From the NCBI GenBank assembly GCA_038231135.1, contig JBBRLX010000003.1, forward strand, positions 160,001 through 224,000: a stretch of 64,000 bases of DNA. Reading direction: 5' to 3'. The DNA comes from Candidatus Eiseniibacteriota bacterium (lineage in GTDB: Bacteria > Eisenbacteria > RBG-16-71-46). Every line of letters starts with the position of its first letter. Positions within the stretch are counted from its first letter, which is position 1. Positions 18,525-28,303 of this stretch are shown here, piece by piece. The notes beneath the pieces were generated by a model. It saw only the letters and a list, made by a program, of their open reading frames with translations, did not search any database and was not told the origin of the DNA. Position numbers and translations under genes: made by a program.

Positions 18525-20072
18525 ATGGAGAACCTCATGGCCGACAACGCGCATGTCGCCGTAGTGCCGATCGATCCGCCCCAGACCGCCGCCGCGGTCG
18601 AGGAACGCTCGAAGCTCCAGAAGCACTTCGGACGCTTCGACATGCTGTTCTTCCTGGTGTGCACGCTGGTCGGGCTCGACACGCTCGGCGCCGTCGCCCG
18701 CGCCGGCCCCGTCGGCGTCACCTGGATGACGTTCCTCGGCGTGTTCTTCTTCGTCCCCTACGCGCTGCTGATCGCCGAGCTCGGCTCCACATTCCCCGAC
18801 GAGGGCGGCTGCTACGTATGGACGAAGCTCGCGTTCGGCCGGTTCGCGGGCGGCGTGTGCACGGTGCTCTACTGGCTGTCGAATCCGATCTGGCTCGGCG
18901 GGCTGCTCAGCATTACCGCGGTCGCGACCTGGAATTCGTTCTTCGGCCACCTGAACCACGCCGGCGAATACGTGTTCTCCACGATCTTCATCTGGATCGG
19001 CGTGTGGGCGGCGATCCTGTCGTTCCGGATCGGGAAATGGATCCCGACGCTCGGCGCGTGGGCCCGCATCGTGCTGCTGTCGTTCTTCACGCTGAGCGTG
19101 TTTCTCTACGCGCTCCAGCACGGTCTCCACGTGCCACGGCTCGGACAGTTCGGCCCCACCTATGCCTCGTTCATCGCACTCGTGCCCGTGCTGTTCTTCA
19201 ATTTCGTCGGCTTCGAGCTGCCGAGCGCCGCGGGGGAGGAGATGAAGCACCCGCAGCACGACGTGCCGTTCGCGGTGATGCGCTCGGCGGTCCTGGCGAT
19301 CCTGCTCTACGCCGTGCCGATTGTTTCGATCCTCATGGTGGTGCCGTCCGAGCGCATCACCGGGCTCTCGGGTTTCATCGATTCGATGAAGCTCGTGTTC
19401 ACGGTCTACGGCGGCACGATCACCGCGCACGGCGCCGAGTTGTCGGGCGCGGGCTGGGTGCTCGGCAGGATCGCGGCCGGCCTGTTCCTGCTCGTGCTGC
19501 TGTCGAGCGGCACGTCGTGGATCATGGGCGCCGATCGCTCCCAGGCCGTCGCCGGTTACGACGGCGCGGGCCCGCGCATCCTCGGCGTGTTCTCGAAGCG
19601 CTACGGCACGCCGGTCGTCGTCAATCTCCTCACCGGCATTCTCGCGACTGCCAGCATGGTGCTCGCGTTCGCCGTCGCCGGCGGCAGCCTCGAGAAGTAC
19701 TTCAACGCCGTGCTCACGATCGCGCTGCTGTTCACGACGCTGTCGTACGCGTTCATATTCCCGGCTCTGATCCGGCTGCGCTACACCCATCCCGACGTGC
19801 CGCGACCCTATCGGGTCCCGTTCGGCAACTCCGGAGCCTGGGTGTGCGTGATCCTGACCACGTTCTGGGCGCTGTTCGCCTCGCTCGTCGGATTCTTCCC
19901 CGGACTGTTCGACGGGGCACTGCTGAACGATCACGACCTGCCGCTGGGATTCACGCGTGGCGAGTTCCAGCTCGTCGTGTTCGTGCCGTTCGTGCTGGCA
20001 ATCGCGACAGGTGTGGCGTTCTATGCGATGGGGCGAAAGACGCGGGAGGCGGTGGTGGGGGCGAGACCGTGA
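18525..20072 (+). CDS. APC-family amino acid/polyamine permease
   Basis: About 12 hydrophobic segments; AELGSTFPDEGG, FVGFELP, LRYTHPDVPRPYRVP. Confidence 0.88.
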   Translation: MENLMADNAHVAVVPIDPPQTAAAVEERSKLQKHFGRFDMLFFLVCTLVGLDTLGAVARAGPVGVTWMTFLGVFFFVPYALLIAELGSTFPDEGGCYVWTKLAFGRFAGGVCTVLYWLSNPIWLGGLLSITAVATWNSFFGHLNHAGEYVFSTIFIWIGVWAAILSFRIGKWIPTLGAWARIVLLSFFTLSVFLYALQHGLHVPRLGQFGPTYASFIALVPVLFFNFVGFELPSAAGEEMKHPQHDVPFAVMRSAVLAILLYAVPIVSILMVVPSERITGLSGFIDSMKLVFTVYGGTITAHGAELSGAGWVLGRIAAGLFLLVLLSSGTSWIMGADRSQAVAGYDGAGPRILGVFSKRYGTPVVVNLLTGILATASMVLAFAVAGGSLEKYFNAVLTIALLFTTLSYAFIFPALIRLRYTHPDVPRPYRVPFGNSGAWVCVILTTFWALFASLVGFFPGLFDGALLNDHDLPLGFTRGEFQLVVFVPFVLAIATGVAFYAMGRKTREAVVGARP

Positions 20073-20142
20073 GCGCCCGGCCTGCCGCGAAGCGCCCGAT
20101 CGCTGTTGACGGTGCTGACGCGACCGCGAAAGGAGCATGCTC

Positions 20143-20316
20143 ATGGCCTGCGATCAGAGTCTTGCGCAACGCCTGCGCGAACTGCTCGCCGACGAGCACG
20201 ACGTCACCGAGAAGAAAATGTTCGGTGGCCTCGCACGCTGTGCATCGAGTATGACGGTCTCGAGTGTCGGTCGAACGTCGAATGAAGAATTCTTGAGCAC
20301 GGAGGTGATCACATGA
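20143..20316 (+). pseudogene. Truncated TfoX/Sxy N-terminal domain gene
   Basis: AGGAG RBS, then MACDQSLAQRLRELLADEHDVTEKKMFGGLA (TfoX_N-type start); similarity ends at about 20235 and the frame stops at 20316. Confidence 0.65.
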
Positions 20317-21125
20317 ATCCGAACAAGGCGTTGTGGGAAAAGGGCGACTTCACGCGTATCGCCGAAAGCATGAGAACGAGCGGAGAGTCGCTCGTCAGGA
20401 GCCTTGGAGTGACACCGACTCTCAAGGTCCTGGATCTCGGGTGCGGCGATGGAACGACCGCGATCCCGGCAGCGAAATTCGGCGCCGAAGTGCTGGGCGT
20501 CGATATCGCGAGCAATCTCGTCGAGGCCGGGAACCGGCGAGCCCGGGAGCATGGACTCACGAACATCAGGTTTCAGGAAGGCGACGCCACGAATCTCGAG
20601 GGGCTGAACGATCGGACGTTCGACCTCGTCATGAGTATCTTCGGAGCCATGTTCGCGCCCCGGCCGGCCGATGTGGCGAAGGAGATGGTGCGCGTGACCC
20701 GGCCCGGGGGCCGGATCGTCATGGGCAACTGGATTCCGAACGACCCGACGTTGGTGGCGCAGATCCTGAAGATCAGCTCCGCCTACACCCCACCGCCACC
20801 GGAGGGTTTCGTCAGCCCGATGACGTGGGGAGTCGAGGACCATGTGGTCGAGCGATTCACGGGCGCCGGGGTTCCGAAACAGAAAGTTTCATTCGCCCGG
20901 GACACGTTCACGTTCAACTTCAACCGCCCACCCTCCGATCTCGTCGCCGAATTCAAGAACTACTACGGGCCCACGATGAATGCATTCGAAGCGGCGGAGA
21001 ACACCGGCCGGGCCGCGGATCTGCAGCGGGAGTTGGAGGCGCTGTTCAACAGCCAGAACCAGAGTCCGAATCAGGATGCGACCTCGATTCCGGCGACGTT
21101 CCTTCGCGTTACCGTGGATGTGTAA
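20313..21125 (+). CDS. Class I SAM-dependent methyltransferase
   Basis: VLDLGCGDG, FQEGDA, SIFGAMFAP, RPGGRIVMGNW; GGAGG RBS. Confidence 0.9.
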   Translation: MNPNKALWEKGDFTRIAESMRTSGESLVRSLGVTPTLKVLDLGCGDGTTAIPAAKFGAEVLGVDIASNLVEAGNRRAREHGLTNIRFQEGDATNLEGLNDRTFDLVMSIFGAMFAPRPADVAKEMVRVTRPGGRIVMGNWIPNDPTLVAQILKISSAYTPPPPEGFVSPMTWGVEDHVVERFTGAGVPKQKVSFARDTFTFNFNRPPSDLVAEFKNYYGPTMNAFEAAENTGRAADLQRELEALFNSQNQSPNQDATSIPATFLRVTVDV

Positions 21126-21230
21126 GCCTGGTCGCGCGAGATTGAGGCGGATCGTGATGAGAGGCATGATGGCGGCCTTGGCAACCCCGGTCGTGGATGC
21201 GACAGGCTCGCCGGCGCGTGGTTTCGAGGA

Positions 21231-21497
21231 GTGAACTCGCAGAAGGAGCTGTTCGGGGATACGCTGCGGGTCATCCTGCGTGCGACAAAGCCGCCAGACG
21301 GATTCCGCGACTTCGCCTACACGACGATCATGGCGGCGACGGTGCCGTGCATTCTGGTCAACGCTGCCCAGTCGCCGGCCATCAAGTTCGTCGCGCTTCG
21401 GGTGGACGGTGAACCGTACCGGAAGTATGGCGGTGTCTTCGCGACGGCTCGATTCCGGAGCGGACCGAAGAAGCGGGACTTCACGGACCTGAATTAG
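21231..21497 (+). CDS. Hypothetical protein or gene fragment (88 aa)
   Basis: ORF fills the gap and has ordinary composition, but no motif; overlaps the 3' end of the Rieske gene. Confidence 0.3.
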   Translation: MNSQKELFGDTLRVILRATKPPDGFRDFAYTTIMAATVPCILVNAAQSPAIKFVALRVDGEPYRKYGGVFATARFRSGPKKRDFTDLN

Positions 21498-21843
21498 GTT
21501 CCGCGGAACCCCCCATCCCGCACCATACCGCCCCATCCCGCTCCTCGATCAAGAGCTTCGTGAGCCGCCCGCCCTCGCACGGGCCCGCGACGCACACCCC
21601 CGTCTCGGGGGCGTAGCGCGCCCCGTGGTGGCAGCACACGAGCGCGTCGTAGTCCTCGTCGAAGAACCGTGCGTCGCCGAAGTCGAGCGGGAGGGTTTCG
21701 TGGCGGCAGGAGTTCACGTAGGCGTATAGCCGGCCGTGAAACCGTATGGCGAACGCGTCGCGCGATACGCCGTGAACGGTGATCGTGAACCTCAGCCCCG
21801 CGCCTTCGCCGAGTTTGCGCGCGTCGCCCAGAATCATCTGCAT
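21481..21843 (-). CDS. Rieske [2Fe-2S] ferredoxin-like protein
   Basis: YVNSCRHE (CxH), LVCCHHGARY (CxxH), GVCVAGPC. Confidence 0.88.
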   Translation of the reverse strand: MQMILGDARKLGEGAGLRFTITVHGVSRDAFAIRFHGRLYAYVNSCRHETLPLDFGDARFFDEDYDALVCCHHGARYAPETGVCVAGPCEGGRLTKLLIEERDGAVWCGMGGSAEPNSGP

Positions 21844-21889
21844 ATTGGAACACTGGCCGATCCGCCGGGGTCGTGGCAAGATGCCTCAC

Positions 21890-22459
21890 ATGCCGCCCAC
21901 CCGTCCCATCCTCGCCGTCTACGGCAGCAGCACCGTGCAACCGGGCGATGCCGCCTACCGGCTCGCCTACGAGCTGGGGCGCGCCGCGGCCGAGGTGGGC
22001 GCCGACGTGATGACAGGCGGCTACCACGGCGCGATGGAGGGGTGTTCCCGGGGCGCCCACGAGGCGGGCGGTCACGTGATCGGCGTCACGGTCGAGCTGT
22101 TCGAACACCGCTCGCCGGTGAACGCATTCGTGCGCGAACGGGTGCACACGGCCGATCTCTACGATCGTCTCCGCCAGCTCGTGGATCGCGCGGATGGGTT
22201 CATCGTGCTGCCGGGCAGCATCGGCACCCTGAACGAGCTGTTCCTCACCTGGACGCTGGTGGCGGTGGGCGGCCGGCCGGCGGTGCCGATCGTCCTGCTC
22301 GGCAGCCACTGGCAGGCGTTCGTCGACGCGCTGCGTCATCCCGACATGGTGGTGCCGCATCTGTTCCAGCACCTGCGTGTCACGGAAGACCCCGCGGATG
22401 CCGTGCGGCTGGCGCTCGAGCCGTCGAAGGTGAACGGTCCGCGCCTGGGCAACGGATGA
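21890..22459 (+). CDS. LOG family (Rossmann-fold nucleotide-binding) protein
   Basis: AVYGSS, TGGYHGAME, LPGSIGTLNE. Confidence 0.85.
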   Translation: MPPTRPILAVYGSSTVQPGDAAYRLAYELGRAAAEVGADVMTGGYHGAMEGCSRGAHEAGGHVIGVTVELFEHRSPVNAFVRERVHTADLYDRLRQLVDRADGFIVLPGSIGTLNELFLTWTLVAVGGRPAVPIVLLGSHWQAFVDALRHPDMVVPHLFQHLRVTEDPADAVRLALEPSKVNGPRLGNG

Positions 22460-22502
22460 GCGCGCGCACCGCATTCAGCGCGGTCGCCGCCCCGGCGGAA
22501 CG

Positions 22503-23681
22503 ATGACGACCAGTCCCGTGACGCACGATCCGCTGCTCGAATGGCGGTCCGAGTTCCCGACCGTGGATGCCACGCTGCACTTCATCTCGCACTCGCTGGG
22601 CGCGATGCCGCGGGGAGTGGACGACGCGCTGAGCCACTACGCCCACATGTGGCGGGAGCGCAACATCCGCGCGTGGCACGAGGAGTGGTTCGCGCTGCCC
22701 ACCGAGGCCGGCGATCTGCTCGGACTCATCCTCGGCGCGCCGGCAGGGTCGGTGACGATGTTCGAGAACAGCACCAGCGCCCAGAACCTCGCGCTGTCCG
22801 CGATCGCGTTTACGGCGCCCCGCAACCGGCTGGTCTGCTCGGCCGAAGACTTTCCGTCGGAGCTCTACCTCTACGAAGGGCTGGTGCGGCGCGGCGCCGA
22901 GCTGGTGCGCGTTCCCGCGCGCGCGGACCGGCTCATGGTCGAGGCCGACATCATCGCCGCGATCGACGAGCGCACGGCGCTGGTGGCGGTGTCGCAGGTG
23001 CTGTTCCGCACGGCACAGATCCTCGACCTGGCGCCGATCGTCCGGCGCGCGCACGAGGTGGGGGCGCTGGTGATGATCGACGCCTACCAGGCAGTTGGCT
23101 CGGTGCCTGTGGACGTGACCGCGCTCGGCCTCGACTTCCTCACGGGTGGATCGGTGAAGTGGCTGTGTGGCGGGCCCGGGGCCGGGTACCTGTACGTGAG
23201 GCCGGAGCTGGCGCGGTCGCTCGAGCCGGCGGTGACGGGGTGGATGGGGCACGAGCGGCCGTTCGATTTCGACTCGGGGCCGGTGTCGCGGCATGACGGC
23301 GCGCGACGGTTCTGGACGGGTACGCCCGGCATCCCGTCGATCACCGCGGCACGCGAGGGCTACCGGGTCATCGAGCGCATCGGCGTGCCGGCGATCCGCT
23401 TCAAGTCGCTGCGCCAGACGGAGCGCATGCTGGCGCTGGCCGACGAATACGGCTTCCGCGTGGGGTCGCCGCGCGACGCCACCGTGCGGGGCGGCACCGT
23501 GGTGCTCGACGTGCCGAACGCGGCGCAGGTGTGCGCGGCGCTGCTCTCGCGCGACGTGCTGCTCGACTTCCGCCCCGGCGTCGGACTCAGGCTGGCGCCG
23601 CACTTCTATACCCGCGACGACGAAGTGGATCTCGTCATGCAACGCGTGCGCGACGAGGTCGCCGCGGCCGCAAAGAACTGA
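22503..23681 (+). CDS. PLP-dependent class V aminotransferase, kynureninase-like
   Basis: ISHSLGAMP, DFPSE, DAYQAVG, GGSVKWLCGGPG (PLP Lys), GTP. Confidence 0.82.
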   Translation: MTTSPVTHDPLLEWRSEFPTVDATLHFISHSLGAMPRGVDDALSHYAHMWRERNIRAWHEEWFALPTEAGDLLGLILGAPAGSVTMFENSTSAQNLALSAIAFTAPRNRLVCSAEDFPSELYLYEGLVRRGAELVRVPARADRLMVEADIIAAIDERTALVAVSQVLFRTAQILDLAPIVRRAHEVGALVMIDAYQAVGSVPVDVTALGLDFLTGGSVKWLCGGPGAGYLYVRPELARSLEPAVTGWMGHERPFDFDSGPVSRHDGARRFWTGTPGIPSITAAREGYRVIERIGVPAIRFKSLRQTERMLALADEYGFRVGSPRDATVRGGTVVLDVPNAAQVCAALLSRDVLLDFRPGVGLRLAPHFYTRDDEVDLVMQRVRDEVAAAAKN

Positions 23682-23745
23682 CGAACCGGGCGCCATGGCG
23701 CCGCACGCCGGACGCATGCAGCCATCACGGACAGGAGCGACACCC

Positions 23746-24546
23746 ATGACCACCACAACGGAAGTGCGGCCGCGGCCGCTTGCGATCGTCACCGAGCCGG
23801 CCGTGTATCTCGTGGGTCGGCAGGTCGTCGACGCGGCGGAGGTCGACCAGTTTCTCGCCGATCACGCGGCCACGTGGACGACCGATACCGAGGTCGGCGG
23901 CGAGGCGCTGGCCGAGATGGCGGGCCGCGTATGCTACATGTCCTACGGCAGGGGCCGGAAGACGAATCGCGAGTTCCTGCAGCACATCGTCGACGTCGGC
24001 CACGGCTCGGTGCTCGAGCACGCGGTGTGGAGCTTCGTCGTCACCGGCGTGTCGCGGTCGTTCACGCACGAGCTGATCCGCCACCGGCACTTCTCGTATT
24101 CGCAGTTGTCGCAGCGCTACGTCGACGAATCGGAATCGGCATTCGTCGAGCCCGACGTGATCGCGGCCGACGCCACGCTGCACCAGACGTGGTGCGATGC
24201 CGTCAACGCGACTCGGGCCGCGTATGACCTGCTCGTGCACGGGCTGCAGGATAAGTTCCTGGAGGTCGAGGATCGCACGCTGCGGCGCAAGCTGGCGCGC
24301 CAGGCGGCGCGGTCGGTGCTGCCCAACGCGACCGAGACCAAGATCTTCGTGTCGGGCAACGCGCGCGCGCTGCGGCACTTCATCGAGCTGCGCGGCAGCG
24401 AGCACGCCGACGTCGAGATCCGCAAAGTCGCGGTCGCGATCCTCAAGCTCATGCAGCGGGAGGCGCCCGGCATGTTCGGCGACTACACGCTCGTGCCGCT
24501 GCCCGATGGCAGCGAGGCGACACACACGGAGCACCCCAAGGTGTGA
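23746..24546 (+). CDS. thyX: FAD-dependent thymidylate synthase
   Basis: AGRVCYMS, GHGSVLEH, SRSFTHELIRHRHFSYSQLSQRY, ARSVLPN, HADVEIR; AGGAG RBS. Confidence 0.96.
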   Translation: MTTTTEVRPRPLAIVTEPAVYLVGRQVVDAAEVDQFLADHAATWTTDTEVGGEALAEMAGRVCYMSYGRGRKTNREFLQHIVDVGHGSVLEHAVWSFVVTGVSRSFTHELIRHRHFSYSQLSQRYVDESESAFVEPDVIAADATLHQTWCDAVNATRAAYDLLVHGLQDKFLEVEDRTLRRKLARQAARSVLPNATETKIFVSGNARALRHFIELRGSEHADVEIRKVAVAILKLMQREAPGMFGDYTLVPLPDGSEATHTEHPKV

Positions 24547-25358
24547 CGGACGTCCGGCACACCACGCGTCTCCCGATCGTGCGCGTGACGGACGGCACGC
24601 CGGAGCCGCTCGATGACAGTGTGGCGGTCGAGCGGGCGCTCGAGATCCGGGTGGGTGGCCGCACGCTCGCCGTCACGCTGCGCACGCCGGGAGACGATCG
24701 GGAGCTGGCGCTGGGATTCCTCGCGTCGGAAGGGGTGATCACCCACCGGGACGACGTCGCCGCCAGCCGGGAGCGCCCGGCAGAGTGCTCGGACGAGCCC
24801 GACGTCATCGACATCGTGCTCGCGCCCGGCACCGTGCTCGACTGGACGCGCCTCGAGCGGAACTTCGCGGTCAGCTCCGCGTGCGGTCTGTGCGGCCGCG
24901 CGCATCTGGACGCGCTGCGCACCGGGCTCACGCCGATGCCGGTTACCACGTCGTTCGCCCCGGCGCGGCTGTCGGGGCTCACGGCGCGGGTGCGCGAGGC
25001 GCAGGCCGGCTTCTCGGCGACGGGCGGGCTCCACGCGGCGGTGGTGTGTGACGACGCGCTCGAGCCGCTGGTGCTGCGCGAGGACGTCGGCCGGCACAAC
25101 GCCGTCGACAAGGTGTGCGGCTGGCTGCTCGAGTTCGGGCGCTACCCGGCGGACTCGGGCCTGCTATGGGTGAGCGGCCGCGCGGGCGCGGAGATCGTGC
25201 TCAAGGCCGCGCGCGCGCGGATCCCGGTGCTGGCCGCGGTGGGCGCGCCGTCGTCGCTGGCCGTCGAGCTGGCGGAGGCCGCGGGGATGACGCTGATCGG
25301 ATTCCTGCGCGATGCGCGAATGAACGTATACTGTGGGGCACACCGGCTCGGCGGGTGA
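24543..25358 (+). CDS. fdhD: Formate dehydrogenase accessory sulfurtransferase
   Basis: RTPGDDRELALGFL, SSACGLCG, TGGLHAA, EDVGRHNAVDK, SSLAV. Confidence 0.95.
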   Translation: MTDVRHTTRLPIVRVTDGTPEPLDDSVAVERALEIRVGGRTLAVTLRTPGDDRELALGFLASEGVITHRDDVAASRERPAECSDEPDVIDIVLAPGTVLDWTRLERNFAVSSACGLCGRAHLDALRTGLTPMPVTTSFAPARLSGLTARVREAQAGFSATGGLHAAVVCDDALEPLVLREDVGRHNAVDKVCGWLLEFGRYPADSGLLWVSGRAGAEIVLKAARARIPVLAAVGAPSSLAVELAEAAGMTLIGFLRDARMNVYCGAHRLGG

Positions 25359-25460
25359 CGGACATCCTGCCGCGGGGTGCGATGCGGAGAGAGACCACGT
25401 TTGGCGCGGCTCCGCGCGCGGGCCTGATTCCAATCCCGCGCTGCGGTAGGATGCCACCAC

Positions 25461-27167
25461 ATGACCTTCGCCGCCATCGACCTCGAAGTCCATCGCTTCG
25501 TCCATCAGCTCGGCCGCCAGCTCGCCGACACCCGCAACCCGGACAAGGTGCTGCGTCACGCGCTGCGCGCGTGCTCCGAGCACTTCGGCGCCGAGCGCGC
25601 GGTGATCGCGGTGCTCGAGCCGGGCATGGCCATGGCCGAGGCGCTCGTCGTCCACCCCGAGGGCGCGGCGTGCGACCTCGCGCTCGTCACGGCGCTGCTG
25701 CGCCGCGAGCAGCCGCCGATCCCGAGCGGCACCGTGGTGGCGCGGCTCGCGCGCCGCGGCCGGGCGTGGGGGATGATCGTGCTCGACCGCGACGGCAACC
25801 GGTTTCCGGACGGCGCGCCACGCGCGCTGGCGCTGGTGGCCGAGGAGTTGTCGGCGATGCTCGAGCGGCTGGACCGCGAGCGGCTGTCGGAGGTGCGCGC
25901 GCGCATCGACGGCAAGATGATGCGCGAGCTGCCGCCCAAGGATCTCTACTACCAGATCCTCGACGGGCTCCATCAGCTCACGCGCTACGATCATTCGGCC
26001 GCGCTGTGGATCTGGAACCCGGCCACGTCCGAGCTGGAGCTGGTGGCGGAGCAGGTGGCGTTCGAGAAGGGCAAGAGCACGCTGATCGGTTCCCGGGCGT
26101 GGCTGGCGGACGATCTGGCCGCGGTGCTGGGGGATGGCGTGGTATTCGGGTTCGACCGCGACGGCGACGGCTGGCTCGAATGGACCGGCTACGGCGTCGT
26201 GCCGCTGGCCGCGATGCTCGATTCGAGCGGGCTCGGCACGCCACCGCGCCCCAACGAGGGTGCGATGCTGTGCGCGGCGCTCGGCACCCGCGAGGGGCCG
26301 CTCGGCATCCTCAAGCTCGCCGAGCTCCACGTCGGCTCGTTCGCCGAGTGGGAGCGCGCCGCGGTCGAGCGGTTCACGCTGCTCGCGTCGCTGGCGCTGC
26401 AGCGCGCGCGCACGATCGAATCGCTGCAGGCCCGCATGATCAAGGTGGAGCGCCAGAACGCGCTGGCCAACCTGGCGCGCGGCGTCGCACACGACGTCAA
26501 CAACGCGCTGGGCGAGGTGCTGCCGCTGGTGCAGCAGATCCGCAGCGACCTCGAGGCCGGCCGGCTCGAGCCGCGGCTGCTCGCCGACGATCTCGACCGC
26601 GTCGAGAGTTCGCTGCAGGTCACGCGCGGGATCTTCGGGCGCATGCTGCGGTTCGCGCGCGGCTCGGCCCGCGTGTCCGCCACCGGCGACGTGATCCGCG
26701 CGCTCGAGAGCACCTGCGACCTGATGCGCGACGGCATCGCGAAGCAGCAGGTCGTCCTGCACATCGAGGCGCCGGACACGCTGCCGCGGGTACGGTGCGC
26801 GACCAGCGACCTCGAGCGCGTGTTCCTGAACCTGATGGGCAATGCCCGCGACTCGATGCCGGGAGGCGGCACGCTCGCGCTGCGGTTGCGGCTCGACGCC
26901 GGGGTGGTCGAGATCGTGATCGAGGACACCGGCACCGGCATGTCGCCCGAGACGCTGGCCGAGATCGAGCGCCCGTTCTACACCACGAAGGAGCACGGCA
27001 CCGGGCTCGGGCTCTCGACCTGCCGTTCGATCGTGGCCGAGGCCGGCGGCGAGCTGGCGATCACGAGTTCGCCGGGGCACGGGACGCGCGTGACGGTGCG
27101 TATTCCCGCCGCGCTGGGCGACCGGCCCGCGGGCGATACGCCGACACCTGCGGCGGGAGAGCCCTGA
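25461..27167 (+). CDS. Cytoplasmic GAF-domain sensor histidine kinase
   Basis: Two GAF-like segments, no TM; AHDVNNAL H-box, NLMGNARDSM, DTGTG, PFYTTKEHGTGLGL. Confidence 0.88.
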   Translation: MTFAAIDLEVHRFVHQLGRQLADTRNPDKVLRHALRACSEHFGAERAVIAVLEPGMAMAEALVVHPEGAACDLALVTALLRREQPPIPSGTVVARLARRGRAWGMIVLDRDGNRFPDGAPRALALVAEELSAMLERLDRERLSEVRARIDGKMMRELPPKDLYYQILDGLHQLTRYDHSAALWIWNPATSELELVAEQVAFEKGKSTLIGSRAWLADDLAAVLGDGVVFGFDRDGDGWLEWTGYGVVPLAAMLDSSGLGTPPRPNEGAMLCAALGTREGPLGILKLAELHVGSFAEWERAAVERFTLLASLALQRARTIESLQARMIKVERQNALANLARGVAHDVNNALGEVLPLVQQIRSDLEAGRLEPRLLADDLDRVESSLQVTRGIFGRMLRFARGSARVSATGDVIRALESTCDLMRDGIAKQQVVLHIEAPDTLPRVRCATSDLERVFLNLMGNARDSMPGGGTLALRLRLDAGVVEIVIEDTGTGMSPETLAEIERPFYTTKEHGTGLGLSTCRSIVAEAGGELAITSSPGHGTRVTVRIPAALGDRPAGDTPTPAAGEP

Positions 27168-27168
27168 G

Positions 27169-28299
27169 GTGGCGCGCGCCAGACTGCTGGTGGTCGACGA
27201 CGAGCCGGGCATGCTGCGCGCGGTGGAGCGCGTGCTCGCCCCGCTCTACGACGTGACGACGTCGCGGCTGCCGGTGCTGGCGCTCGAGGTCGCCTCCGCG
27301 CCGGGAGCGACGTTCGACGTCGCGATCCTCGACGTGCGCATGCCCGGCATGGACGGTTTCGCGCTGATGGCCCGGCTCGCGGTCCTGCAGCCCGGCATCA
27401 GCGTGATCCTGATGACCGGCAGCGCCGACGAGCGTGACGCCCGGCTGGTGCGGGCGATCCGCGAGCGGGCGTTCTTCTTCCTGACGAAGCCGTTCGACCG
27501 CGACGTGCTGCTCACGCTCGTCGAGCGCTGCCTCGAGTTGCGGCGGCTCGACGTCGCGAACCGGGCTCACGTCGCCGAGCTCGAATCGGAGCTGGCGGCC
27601 GCGCGCGTGTTCCAGGAGAGCCTGCTGCCGCCGCGGCACGGCGAAGGTGGCGGCGTGCGGATCGCCGCGTACTGGGAGCCGACGGAGACGCTGGGCGGAG
27701 ACTTCTTCGACTACACGCTCGACGGCACCGGAGCGACGGTGCTGATGGCCGACGTGTCGGGACACGGCGCGCCGGCGGCCATGCTGGCGGGCATGGTGAA
27801 ACTGGCGTTCCGCGCCGTGGCGGGGAAGGTGCAGGCAGCCCAGGTGATGGATCGCGTCGGCGGGTGCGTGAAGCTGTTCCCGCCCGACCGGCACCTGACC
27901 GCGATCGCGGTGCAGTTCGGGCCGGTGCCGGGCGCCGTGAAGTACGTGAACGCGGGGCACCCGCCCGGGCTCCTGGTCCACAGCGGCCGCATCGAACGGC
28001 TGGAGTCGTCGGAGGCGCTGCTGCATCCGGCATTGCAGCGGAACACCGACACGGTCCCCTGCGAAGCGCGGCTCGAACCCGGCGACCGGCTGGTGCTCTA
28101 CACCGACGGCATCACCGAGACCCGCAGCCCCGCCGAGGAGGAGTTCGGCGCCGAGCGACTGGAGCGGGCGGTGATTGCCGCCGCGTCCGAGAGCCTCGAC
28201 AACCTGCTCCACCGGGTGCGCGCCGAGTTGGAGACGTTCCGCGACGGGCGGCCCGCGTCGGACGACGTCACGATGCTGGTGCTGGAGCGGACCGCGTAG
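27169..28299 (+). CDS. Response regulator with PP2C/SpoIIE (RsbU-like) phosphatase output
   Basis: LLVVDDE, DVRMPGMDG, TKPF; GGDFFD, ADVSGHG, NAGHP, YTDGITE, DDVT. Confidence 0.92.
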   Translation: MARARLLVVDDEPGMLRAVERVLAPLYDVTTSRLPVLALEVASAPGATFDVAILDVRMPGMDGFALMARLAVLQPGISVILMTGSADERDARLVRAIRERAFFFLTKPFDRDVLLTLVERCLELRRLDVANRAHVAELESELAAARVFQESLLPPRHGEGGGVRIAAYWEPTETLGGDFFDYTLDGTGATVLMADVSGHGAPAAMLAGMVKLAFRAVAGKVQAAQVMDRVGGCVKLFPPDRHLTAIAVQFGPVPGAVKYVNAGHPPGLLVHSGRIERLESSEALLHPALQRNTDTVPCEARLEPGDRLVLYTDGITETRSPAEEEFGAERLERAVIAAASESLDNLLHRVRAELETFRDGRPASDDVTMLVLERTA

Positions 28300-28303
28300 C
28301 CCG

